Position numbers and translations under genes: made by a program. Below the pieces are notes generated by a model that made no database searches, had not been told where the DNA came from, and was given only the letters and a program-made list of their open reading frames with translations. A DNA stretch of 64,000 nt from the NCBI GenBank assembly GCA_963633165.1, contig CAVGXP010000038.1:56290-120289 (forward strand), in the 5' to 3' direction. Positions 56,143 through 64,000 of the stretch are shown one piece after another. Source of the stretch: a bacterium. Its GTDB lineage: Bacteria > Bacillota_I > Bacilli_A > RFN20 > CAG-826. Within the stretch, counting starts at the first letter, position 1; each line of letters begins with the position of its first letter.

Positions 56143-58032
56143 TTAGGCGATTTTCTTTTCGATGTTTTCCTTGATGGAAGCAAAGAAATTCTTCGCGCCC
56201 TCTTCGCCGGTGCCGAAAGTTCCCCAGGAATCGTTAGCGGCTCCTTGGGAAATGGTGGCGCCGATGCTGCCCATCGGGGTCCAGAAGTTGTCGTTGACGT
56301 TGGGGGCTTGGGCATGAGTATGGCCAGCAGCCATCATCTCAGCGATCTGACCGACGAACGGTAACGCTTTGACGTCAGCGTTATCGGCGACGGTGAGGTT
56401 GGACGGACCATGGCCGAGGGCTTTGGCACGAGCAAGCTGAACTTCGGGGCTGGTGGCGTATTCGCAGAAGCTCTTGGCTAGTTCGGTCTTCGCAGAGGAC
56501 AAGCCGGCCTTGACGGACATGAACTTATAGCCGTTGAAGGTATGAAGAGCCTTCTCTTCGCCGTCGATGGTCATCGAAGGAAGGACGGTGTAACCGAGGT
56601 TATCGCCGATTTGGGCTTTAAGGGAGGCGTAGTCGTTCCAAAGGATGCAAGCGCCGATCGTTTTGTCCTTGAAGCCTTTTTCGATAACACCATTGTCGGA
56701 ACTATAGACAAGGGTCGTTCCGCCATAGGTCTTATATTGGTTCATAAGGGCAACGCCGGCTTTGGCGGCAGCGTCGCTTTCGAAGTTGGAAACGATGTTG
56801 CCATCCGCGTCGAGGTGGAAGTCGATGCCGTTGGCCCAGAACGGTGCGGGGCTATACCAGCCATTGGCCATATCCCAGTAGACTTTCACGTTTTTCTGAT
56901 TAGCTTCGGCGAGGAGATCGTCCATGCTCTCGACGGTTTCGGGGTTGGTGAAGATTTCCTTGTTGTAGAAGAGGATGTATCCGTTGTCACCACGATAAGG
57001 ATAGCCGTAGAGGGTTCCATCAAGCGACCCAGCGGTCACGGCGTTCTCGCCATCGGAGACTTTGATGGCGGCTTGTTCGCTATCCTCAAGAGAAGTTAGA
57101 AGCTTGCTGTTGGCCGCGGAGCGGATGTTGTCGTCGGCAATGCACATGATGTCGGCGGCGGTGTCAAGGTCTTTGGCAAGCTCGGTGCGGACGTCGCCTT
57201 CGCCGAGGTTGGCTTTGATGGTGATCTTTCCCTTGAAATCGCTGTGGGCTTTCTTATAGCCCTCAATGACGGTGTTGGTGATGAAATCGGTGTCGGTGGT
57301 CGGGACCCAAAGAGTCAAATCGGTCTCCGCTTCGGCTTCTTCGACGGTGACGGTGAATTTGGCTTCGACGTCGCCGGCCTTGGCGATGATGTCGGTGGTT
57401 CCTTCGCCGACGGCGGTCCAAACGGCGGCTTTGTCGTTAGCAGAATCCGCGGCGACGGTGGCGACAGTGGTATCTTTAGAAGACCAGCTGACTTTGCCGC
57501 TCACGCCGATGGAAGTGAGGGTGAGGTCGCCGGTTTTGCCGACCATTGCTTTGGCTTTGCCATCGACTTTGAAAACGTTTTTAACGAAGTCGCCCTTTGC
57601 GTGGCCACCATCGTCTTTTTCGCCGTTTTCAACGAAATACCAAGTGCCAACGGCTTCGGGGAATGCGAGGTTCGCGGTTTGGCCATCGCTGCCGTTGAAG
57701 ATAATGGTATCGCCGGCGGCGTCGGTGACGGTAACCGTGAGGGTATTCCAACCTTCTTCGGTGGAAGCGGTCAAAGCGGTTCCAGGCCATGAGCCAAGTT
57801 TTTCGCCATCGTTTCCGAACATGTAGGCGTTGCCATAGGCGCTAGGAACGTTAAAGACGAAATCGCCCGCGATCTTTTCGTCGGTCTTGGAGGTGCTGTC
57901 CTGCTTGGATTGCGAAGCGCTGGTGCTATCCGAAGCCTTGGAGGATTCAGTCTGCCCCCCCGTCGGCGAGCAGGCGGCCAAGGCGAGGAAGCCGAGGGCT
58001 AACGCGCAGACAGTAAGTTTTTTGTTAATCAT
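56143..58032 (-). CDS. Lipoprotein: family-1 extracellular solute-binding protein (maltodextrin-type) with N-terminal CBM-like and Big_2 domains
   Basis: Lipobox LALAAC. An N-terminal aromatic/Gly-rich ~120-aa module is followed by a Big_2 domain (KVSWSSKDTTVATVAA..DIIAKAGDVEAKFTVTV) and a ~400-aa family-1 binding-protein core. 629 aa. Confidence 0.75.
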   Translation of the reverse strand: MINKKLTVCALALGFLALAACSPTGGQTESSKASDSTSASQSKQDSTSKTDEKIAGDFVFNVPSAYGNAYMFGNDGEKLGSWPGTALTASTEEGWNTLTVTVTDAAGDTIIFNGSDGQTANLAFPEAVGTWYFVENGEKDDGGHAKGDFVKNVFKVDGKAKAMVGKTGDLTLTSIGVSGKVSWSSKDTTVATVAADSANDKAAVWTAVGEGTTDIIAKAGDVEAKFTVTVEEAEAETDLTLWVPTTDTDFITNTVIEGYKKAHSDFKGKITIKANLGEGDVRTELAKDLDTAADIMCIADDNIRSAANSKLLTSLEDSEQAAIKVSDGENAVTAGSLDGTLYGYPYRGDNGYILFYNKEIFTNPETVESMDDLLAEANQKNVKVYWDMANGWYSPAPFWANGIDFHLDADGNIVSNFESDAAAKAGVALMNQYKTYGGTTLVYSSDNGVIEKGFKDKTIGACILWNDYASLKAQIGDNLGYTVLPSMTIDGEEKALHTFNGYKFMSVKAGLSSAKTELAKSFCEYATSPEVQLARAKALGHGPSNLTVADNADVKALPFVGQIAEMMAAGHTHAQAPNVNDNFWTPMGSIGATISQGAANDSWGTFGTGEEGAKNFFASIKENIEKKIA

Positions 58033-58183
58033 CGATTACTTCTCCTTTCTAAAAATTAGCGGGAAGCAATGCGCGGAAGGGTTGCTCAAAACGAATCAAA
58101 TCCGCCCGCAAAAAGCTTTGCTCCCTAGTAATTTTTGATCAACATGGTCATATTCTAGTCATTGTTCCACGGGATGTAAAGTT

Positions 58184-58205
58184 AAAATGTAACCTCTTAC
58201 ATTTT
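58184..58205. promoter_or_regulatory. Operator-like perfect inverted repeat upstream of the binding-protein/MalFG operon
   Basis: AAAATGTAA-cctc-TTACATTTT (9-bp arms) about 150 bp upstream of the binding-protein start. The half-site ATGTAAA recurs 10 bp upstream. Confidence 0.35.
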
Positions 58206-58285
58206 CTTTGCAATTGATAAAAAACGCCGAAGGCATCGGATTTTTTCCTTTGGCGTTAAAAGTTGGCGATTAAAACGGTTTGAGC

Positions 58286-60967
58286 CTATTTCACAGCGAT
58301 GATAGTTTGATATGGCATAACGCTTGTGGAAGAGGATAGAGAGGTCAATTGTCCAAGGGTGTCATAGACCAATTCAAATCCATCGAAATCCACCGCTTCC
58401 GGGCTGCTTGAGGTGCCATTAACGTGGCAGATGCGATATGTGCGTCCTTCCCCATCGGGCAAATCGTAGATGAGCTCGTTCTTTTTAGACGAATCCGTAA
58501 CGATTTCTAAAGACGTGGCATCGGAAGCAGAAAGGTGGAGTCCGGCGAGGTTTTTCTTTAGCGCGATGAGCGTTTTATAATCTTGGACCATGTCTTCGTG
58601 TTCCAAAGCCAAGGAATAGTCGAGTTCGTTCATCTTATAGTAATCCCGACCATCGTTTTGTCCCCCATAGGAATTGCTCTCCCCTCCTTTGCTTCTAAGG
58701 AACTCCTCTCCTTCTTGGAGGAAGGCGGTGCCTTGAGAAGTCAACGTAACCGCGTTGGCCAAAACGTTCATATTCTCAAGTTCTTCTTGGGTATAGGTAA
58801 TCTTCTTGCTGTTTTTTTCCACCGCTTCAAAGCGATCAACGAGGGTGTAATTATCGTGGCAAGTAACGTAATTAACCGTTCTATCAGGATCGGCGATTCT
58901 GGCGTTGCTCCCGATGCCGACGCCCCGGATGCCTTCTTGGACAAGACGGATGTCACCGGAAACAGTTAAAGTATCGGGGTCTTTGGCCGTAACGAAGCCA
59001 ACCTCCCCTGTCCCTTTCATGCCGCCTTTGATCATGGCGTCGCGGAAGCCATCGTTAAAGGCCCCATAGACCTCGGAACCTTCTTCGTTCATGTGCTTAG
59101 CGATGCCAGGCTGCGTGGCGAGCTCTTGATCGGTGGAGGTCGTCAATGTCCAAGGTTCTCCGTAAACGACGATGTTAGGATTGATCTCTTCTAACGCCTT
59201 GGTAACCTGGTCCATGGAAGAAAGGGTATGCAGGCCCATCAAATCGAAGCGGAAGCCGCCAAGCTTATATTCTTGCGCCCAGAAGGTCGTGCTTTGGGTC
59301 ATAAAATTAGCGAACATTGCTCTTTCTGAAGCCGTGTCGTTGCCGCATCCTGAGCCATTAGAGAAACTGCCATCGGTCTTATAGCGGAAGAAATAACCCG
59401 GGGCCAAAACATCGAAGTTCCGTCCAGAGACGCTGGCGACGTGGTTGTAGACAACGTCCATGATGATGTTGATGCCAGCGTTGGAATAGGCTTTCACCAC
59501 TTCCTTGAATTCCTTGATACGCGTATATCCATCATAGGGATCGCTGCTATAGGAGCCTTCCAGGGCGTTGTAATTCAAAGGGTTGTAGCCCCAGTTGTAG
59601 GTTGGATCGACTTCGTCATTATCTTGATCGAATATCGGCTGAAGCTGAACGGCGTTGACCCCTAGGGACTTGATGTAATCAAAGCCCGTCGGCGTCACTT
59701 TCCCCTCTTTTTCGAAGGACGTTCCTTCTTCACATAGGCCAAGATAACGCTTGCTCTTATCAGAAGTCCCATTCCATGTCGAACTGGACGAGACATCGGC
59801 GACATGTGTCTCATAGACGACGAGTTCTTTTCTATCGTAAGACTTCGGGGCGACTTCATCCCAACCTTCAGGATTTGTTTTAGAGAAATCGACGATCATC
59901 CCGCGCAATCCATTTACCCCAGCGCTTTTAGCCATGGGATCGACGATTTCCTTGTCCACATATACGCCGTTATTCACTACGAAAGTGTAATAATTCCCTT
60001 CTAGATCGCCTTCGATGGAAACGCTCCAAACGCCTTTTTCCCCTTTGACCATGGCAACGTCTTTATGGGTGTCATCGCCTTTAGAAGAGGAAACGGACTT
60101 CGGGGTCCCGTTATCGTAGATTCTTAGGCTAATCGAAGTCGAGGAGGGCGACCATACTTTGAAAACGGTCCGTTCTTTGCTGTAGGTCGCACCCAAATCA
60201 AGGCCGTCATAGGCGTATTTGTCGTTGAAATCCTTCGAATCGTACAAAGATGAGATCGAAACGGTCTTCTCCAAAGTCTGGCCATCTTCGAATGTGGCCT
60301 CGGCCTTATAAGTCGAAGCGAAATCGATTTCGAATTCATCGCCCAAACTCCATAGGATTTTTTTCATCGGGCTATCGAAGACGCTCTCTTTGATCGTTTT
60401 GTCACCGCTTTTGAGCTTCATGGACACGATGGCATCGCCGCTAGAAACGTTGATTGAGGTCAATGAATCGAACTCGAGCTTATCAAAAGAATGGTGAGAC
60501 GGCTCGCTGTAATAGATCTCCGAATCGTTGTATTTGAGCCAAATGGGCGCATTGCCGAATTCATCGATACTTGCCAAGGAGAAATCGGCCGTCAAATCGC
60601 CGGTTTGATAGTTCCAAGAACCCGCGGATTTTACGATGGTCCCTAATTTAAAGGTAGAAATCGATTGGGTGAACTTCGCAATAGGGACAATGGCGTAAGC
60701 CCCATAAGCGTCTGACCCCGTAAAGGTGTATTCGCTCCCACTGCCGCCAAGCGGCCAAAGCCAAAGGGCATAACTCGAATAATCGCCTTCAGCTTTGTAG
60801 AAATGGATGACGATGTTGTTCTCCCCGTAAACATTGACGATGGAGGAGGCGGAAGAATTATCATCCTGCGACTCGCTAGAGGAGGCCTCACCTCCACCCG
60901 ATGGCGAGCAAGAAGCGGCGAGGCTAAGCAAAGCCAGGCAGCAAAAGAAAGAATTGTGCTTTTTCAT
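58286..60967 (-). CDS. pulA: Type I pullulanase (GH13_14) lipoprotein with N-terminal CBM41/CBM48-like modules
   Basis: Lipobox LLSLAASC and GH13 catalytic regions (MDVVYNHV; GGFRFDLMGLH; VYGEPWT; CHDNYTLVD). About 890 aa. Confidence 0.85.
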   Translation of the reverse strand: MKKHNSFFCCLALLSLAASCSPSGGGEASSSESQDDNSSASSIVNVYGENNIVIHFYKAEGDYSSYALWLWPLGGSGSEYTFTGSDAYGAYAIVPIAKFTQSISTFKLGTIVKSAGSWNYQTGDLTADFSLASIDEFGNAPIWLKYNDSEIYYSEPSHHSFDKLEFDSLTSINVSSGDAIVSMKLKSGDKTIKESVFDSPMKKILWSLGDEFEIDFASTYKAEATFEDGQTLEKTVSISSLYDSKDFNDKYAYDGLDLGATYSKERTVFKVWSPSSTSISLRIYDNGTPKSVSSSKGDDTHKDVAMVKGEKGVWSVSIEGDLEGNYYTFVVNNGVYVDKEIVDPMAKSAGVNGLRGMIVDFSKTNPEGWDEVAPKSYDRKELVVYETHVADVSSSSTWNGTSDKSKRYLGLCEEGTSFEKEGKVTPTGFDYIKSLGVNAVQLQPIFDQDNDEVDPTYNWGYNPLNYNALEGSYSSDPYDGYTRIKEFKEVVKAYSNAGINIIMDVVYNHVASVSGRNFDVLAPGYFFRYKTDGSFSNGSGCGNDTASERAMFANFMTQSTTFWAQEYKLGGFRFDLMGLHTLSSMDQVTKALEEINPNIVVYGEPWTLTTSTDQELATQPGIAKHMNEEGSEVYGAFNDGFRDAMIKGGMKGTGEVGFVTAKDPDTLTVSGDIRLVQEGIRGVGIGSNARIADPDRTVNYVTCHDNYTLVDRFEAVEKNSKKITYTQEELENMNVLANAVTLTSQGTAFLQEGEEFLRSKGGESNSYGGQNDGRDYYKMNELDYSLALEHEDMVQDYKTLIALKKNLAGLHLSASDATSLEIVTDSSKKNELIYDLPDGEGRTYRICHVNGTSSSPEAVDFDGFELVYDTLGQLTSLSSSTSVMPYQTIIAVK

Positions 60968-61018
60968 GTTTATCTCCAAACTGAGGCCATTGTATACGCT
61001 TACAAGGCGTTTTTAAAG

Positions 61019-61046
61019 CAAACAAAAAGCCACCCCGAAGGGTGGC
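61019..61046 (-). terminator. Rho-independent terminator after rpmA
   Basis: On the minus strand: GCCACCC-ttcg-GGGTGGC followed by TTTTTGTTTG. Confidence 0.65.
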
Positions 61047-61065
61047 AAGTCTTTGTTAGAAGATA

Positions 61066-61362
61066 TTACTTCGCTTCGACGGGATAGACAGAGGCCTTTT
61101 TGCGGGTCTTGCCCCAACGCTCGAATTTGACGATGCCATCGATGACCGCGAAGAGGGTGTCATCTCCGCCCTTCATGACGTTTTCGCCCGGATAGATGCG
61201 GGTTCCGCGCTGACGGTAGATGATGGATCCAGCGGTGACGAATTGACCGTCGCCGACTTTGGCACCGAGCCTACGCCCGGCGGAATCACGGCCGTTCTTG
61301 GTCGAACCGACGCCTTTCTTCGAAGCGAAGAATTGAATGTCGAGGACAAATTTCAATTTCAT
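61066..61362 (-). CDS. rpmA: 50S ribosomal protein L27 with an N-terminal propeptide
   Basis: [13 protein letters not shown]|[14 protein letters not shown]... is the Firmicutes-type L27 with a cleavable N-terminal extension ahead of the conserved ASKKGVGST. Confidence 0.95.
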   Translation of the reverse strand: MKLKFVLDIQFFASKKGVGSTKNGRDSAGRRLGAKVGDGQFVTAGSIIYRQRGTRIYPGENVMKGGDDTLFAVIDGIVKFERWGKTRKKASVYPVEAK

Positions 61363-61685
61363 TTTGCTTGCTTCCTTTCTGTGATGGCGATGTTCTTGGG
61401 GTAGGAGGCTTCAACCGTCTTAAGCTGAAGGATGAGAACCTCGAGCACGATTTGGTCATGCTCGGAGATTTTCTTCTTCGCCTTGAGGCTGACGTTCCCA
61501 CCGCTTTGATCGATCGAATAGTCGAATTCCTCGTCGATGTCATCTAGGGCGTTCATCGCGCCGAAGGTGGCTAAGGAAACCGCTCCGCAGACAACGTCCT
61601 CGCCATAGGGGGCGCTGTTGGCGTGGCCTTTGATCTCCAAGGAATGGAGATCCTTGCCGCTATATTCGATCTTTACCTTAACCAT
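61359..61685 (-). CDS. prp: Ribosomal-processing cysteine protease Prp (YsxB)
   Basis: 108 aa with a His/Cys dyad context ([18 protein letters not shown]), placed between rplU and rpmA as in Firmicutes. Confidence 0.85.
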   Translation of the reverse strand: MVKVKIEYSGKDLHSLEIKGHANSAPYGEDVVCGAVSLATFGAMNALDDIDEEFDYSIDQSGGNVSLKAKKKISEHDQIVLEVLILQLKTVEASYPKNIAITERKQAK

Positions 61686-61690
61686 AGAGA

Positions 61691-61999
61691 TTAGGCGTTG
61701 ATCGCTTTGACGACCAAGCAGGTGTAAGGCTGACGATGGCCGAGAGTCTTGCGCTCGTTGGCCTTCGCTTTGTACTTGTAGATGCGGATCTTCTTGCCGA
61801 GGCCCTGCTTCTCGACTTTGCAGTCGACGGAAGCGCCTTCAACGTAGGGAGAACCGACTTTGACGGAATCCCCACCGATGAAGAGGACCTTGTCAAGCTT
61901 GACGTCTTTTCCGGCCTCAACGTCGAGTTTCTCGACGTAGATCTTGTCGCCAACAGCGACTTTGATCTGCTTGCCGCCGGTCATAACGATTGCGTACAT
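61691..61999 (-). CDS. rplU: 50S ribosomal protein L21
   Basis: [25 protein letters not shown]... and 102 aa. Confidence 0.95.
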   Translation of the reverse strand: MYAIVMTGGKQIKVAVGDKIYVEKLDVEAGKDVKLDKVLFIGGDSVKVGSPYVEGASVDCKVEKQGLGKKIRIYKYKAKANERKTLGHRQPYTCLVVKAINA

Positions 62000-62335
62000 G
62001 CTTGTTTTCCTCCTGTTTCCGGCTTTTTATAGACTCGCTAGGAAGGCGGGAAATTTCCACTTAAGCCTTTTTTAGGCGGTTGCACCCCAAAAGCCAGGAG
62101 GTTACAACGGGGTTATATTATGCGCTTTTCCCTTTAAAGGGAAGCCTTTTTTGAGCGAGTTTCGCCCTCGCTATACAAGGTTTTGCATCAGCGCGAATTT
62201 TAGGGCATAGGCCATTAAAGGAAAAGAGTTTCATTAACGCCAAAAATCCGGCCTTTATCGGTCTTTTCTCCGTTTTCAAAGGTCATAACTATGCAATAGA
62301 AACCGGCTTATTCAACAGAGGATTAATGCATGTGT
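62000..62335 (-). promoter_or_regulatory. Structured 5' leader of the rplU-prp-rpmA operon (candidate L21 leader)
   Basis: 335-bp non-coding region with several hairpins, including a perfect 16-bp palindrome TTCCCTTTAAAGGGAA. Firmicutes rplU operons commonly carry the L21 leader RNA; I did not verify the consensus. Confidence 0.3.
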
Positions 62336-64000
62336 TCAAGACAAGGAGGTAAGGTAGGAATTGAGCTTGGCAACGTCGTAATAGAGGGCGTCGTCGATCT
62401 GGTAGTCCACCCCCGCTCCTTTGTCGAAGCTGGATTGGTCGTTGGTGTGCACTAATTTGGCGTTGCTAGACATCACCCAATTGGTTCCGTCCACTCCGAC
62501 GGAAGCGCTAATAGAGCAATCGCCTCCACCGCTATTTTCACCCAAGATCTTCGCGTAGCCGTTTTCCCTAGCGATGCAAGGGAAGGCGTTGCCGCAGGAG
62601 AAAGAATAGCCGGAGGTGAGGATGTAGAAATTGTATTTTCCGGAATAGGAATCTTTATCCTTGAAATCGCCATCAAAATCGTTGTCGTAATCGACGCATT
62701 CGGTGTAGCGAGCGCCAGTGAGGGGGTTCTTGACGGTGATGGTGACAGAATCATCGGTCAAGAAAGAAAGGGCATGCCCTAAAGCCATGGCGTACCCGCC
62801 GCCATTAAGGCTAACGTCGAGGACGACGTTTTTGATCGAGGAATTGGCGCTTATCGCCTTGAAGCCGTTATAAAGGAAGCCGAAGGTGGATGTCGTGTCG
62901 GTTCCAACGCTTTCCTTAGTCGGGGAAGAGCCGTTTCCATCAAGAGAAAAGCTGGTGAAGCGAAGCACCGCGGTTTCTCCGGACATATCGAGGCTTTTCG
63001 CGTTGGATTTCTGATAAAGCGCCCTAAGCGAATTGCCGCGAAGGGCGAGATTTCTAAGCCTTGTGTCCGATTCTAGGATCTCCTGAGAAAGGGAAACGTC
63101 CTGGGTGTAGTTATAATTCACGGTCAGACCACGGTGATAGAACGCCGTATGCCCGCCATCGCCGAAATACAAATTAATTGTTCGGGCCACGGCCTCGTCG
63201 GCGGTTTTCGAATTGGGGGAAAGCAGATCTTCTTTAAGCCCGGCTCTCTCAAGCTTCTCATCCAAATTAGAAATGCCAAGCTCATCGAATTTCCCGTAGA
63301 AATTCTCCATCTCGAAGAGGAAGGAATTGTAGAAATATTGGCTATAGCTCGAGCTTCTGGTCGTTTGTTTTGAAAGGCTGCCGCTATAGATGGCTTTCCC
63401 GTAACTGGTAAGATTTTCGCCCGAATAAACATAGGAGGTCGAGAAAAGGTAATAGGCGTCCCCGTTAAAAACGATGCGCGTCCCGACATGGGAGAAAACC
63501 ATGGTCTCTAGGAAAGAGAAAGGAATGTAGTTCTCGCCTTCATAAGAGATGACGTGCGTGGAATACTTTCCCAATTTGAAACTGAAGGATCCCCCGCTGA
63601 CGAAAGAGGATTTCTCCTCGTTGAATTTGGCCAAGGAGTCGCTAGAAGATGAGAAGATGTCACCGGGAATGCTTAGCCCATAGAAAGAGAAGAAAAGATC
63701 GTAATCGGAGAAGGTCACCGTGTTCTTCAAACAAGAGGTCTCCATAGTGGCCTTCGTGTTGACGTTGTAGAGCTTCCCCTCTCCATTTAAGGAATACAAA
63801 GGCGTATCCAAGACCGATTTGAAGAAATCGGTGAAGAAATAATTGACGCTGACGTAAGGAACGCCTTCGTCGAAGGTGAAGAAATAAGTCGGCAGGACCG
63901 TCGAACTCTTCAGCGAAAGCATGTAGGTCTTATAATCGGTTTTCTTTTCTAAGACAGCTTCAACGCTAGAGAGGGGATATTCTTCTTCAGAAGACGAATC
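62336..64000 (-). CDS. S41-family peptidase (C-terminal processing/tail-specific protease-like), 5' end outside the window
   Basis: S41-like motifs (VVLDVSLNGGGYAMALGHALSFL; YILTSGYSFSCGNAFP). The reading frame stays open to the window edge upstream of the track start at 63922. Confidence 0.6.
   Translation of the reverse strand, partial: DSSSEEEYPLSSVEAVLEKKTDYKTYMLSLKSSTVLPTYFFTFDEGVPYVSVNYFFTDFFKSVLDTPLYSLNGEGKLYNVNTKATMETSCLKNTVTFSDYDLFFSFYGLSIPGDIFSSSSDSLAKFNEEKSSFVSGGSFSFKLGKYSTHVISYEGENYIPFSFLETMVFSHVGTRIVFNGDAYYLFSTSYVYSGENLTSYGKAIYSGSLSKQTTRSSSYSQYFYNSFLFEMENFYGKFDELGISNLDEKLERAGLKEDLLSPNSKTADEAVARTINLYFGDGGHTAFYHRGLTVNYNYTQDVSLSQEILESDTRLRNLALRGNSLRALYQKSNAKSLDMSGETAVLRFTSFSLDGNGSSPTKESVGTDTTSTFGFLYNGFKAISANSSIKNVVLDVSLNGGGYAMALGHALSFLTDDSVTITVKNPLTGARYTECVDYDNDFDGDFKDKDSYSGKYNFYILTSGYSFSCGNAFPCIARENGYAKILGENSGGGDCSISASVGVDGTNWVMSSNAKLVHTNDQSSFDKGAGVDYQIDDALYYDVAKLNSYLTSLS

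Noticed and set aside
58225-58262. Weak hairpin GCC-ttc-GGC plus T-run read as the pullulanase terminator
   Set aside because: The stem is only 3-4 bp with a possible G-U extension. It may contribute to termination but is too weak to call confidently.
1-64000. Alternative genetic code (TGA=Trp, Mollicutes code 4) suggested by Mollicutes-like protein features
   Set aside because: TGA clearly terminates era, trmK, parE, yqeG, yqeH and yneF at the expected protein ends, and no conserved protein shows in-frame TGA under the standard-code ORF track. Code 11 applies.

Overview
This is a 64-kb core chromosomal segment of a Firmicutes-type genome; I saw no mobile elements, CRISPR, tRNA or rRNA genes. 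The genetic code is standard: TGA terminates era, trmK, parE, yqeG and yqeH, and no conserved protein is interrupted by an in-frame TGA. Yet several proteins look Mollicutes/Erysipelotrichia-like: lipoproteins with L-A-(S/A)-C lipoboxes, an oversized SecDF, a MalF with a long N-terminal extension, and a NadD-HD fusion. GC is about 50-55% with a GC-rich third codon position, so the six-frame track holds many long antisense ORFs that I treat as spurious.

Gene order mirrors the B. subtilis yqe/yqf/yqh/yrv neighbourhoods but is compacted. Plus strand, 1-23.7 kb: era (3' end), recO, glyQS, dnaG, sigA, trmK; convergent ispH; a cshB-like DEAD-box helicase; convergent ispG; rpmG, an MBL hydrolase, efp and yneF; fakB(degV)-fakA(yloV) with plsY convergent; parE-parC; yqeG, yqeH, yhbY(yqeI), a degenerate-NadD::YqeK fusion and rsfS. 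Then a 400-bp AT-rich non-coding island. Minus strand, 24-64 kb: an ABC permease plus lipoprotein binding protein with no ATPase, then deoB, xerD and dinB. Next dxs, xseB, xseA, nusB, asp23 and tkt (ispA and folD absent from their usual positions). Then aspS-hisS, where HisRS carries a Cys/His-rich C-terminal tail, followed by relA, recJ and secDF (apt and dtd absent). Then ruvB-ruvA, obg and a GT2 glycosyltransferase. A surface starch/maltodextrin utilisation locus follows: an unknown lipoprotein, a GH13 lipoprotein, MalG, a MalF with a 520-aa N-terminal extension, a binding-protein lipoprotein with CBM/Big_2 domains, and a pullulanase lipoprotein; it also lacks an ATPase. The window ends with rpmA-prp-rplU and a 5'-truncated S41 peptidase.

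The most unusual items are the HisRS metal-binding-like tail, the NadD domain with an ablated HxGH motif fused to YqeK, and a recurrent intergenic TTAGTAG(A/T)TTA motif at 8 or more sites. The lipoprotein-based starch locus with an uncharacterised lipoprotein and the fakAB-plsY exogenous fatty-acid module are also notable.
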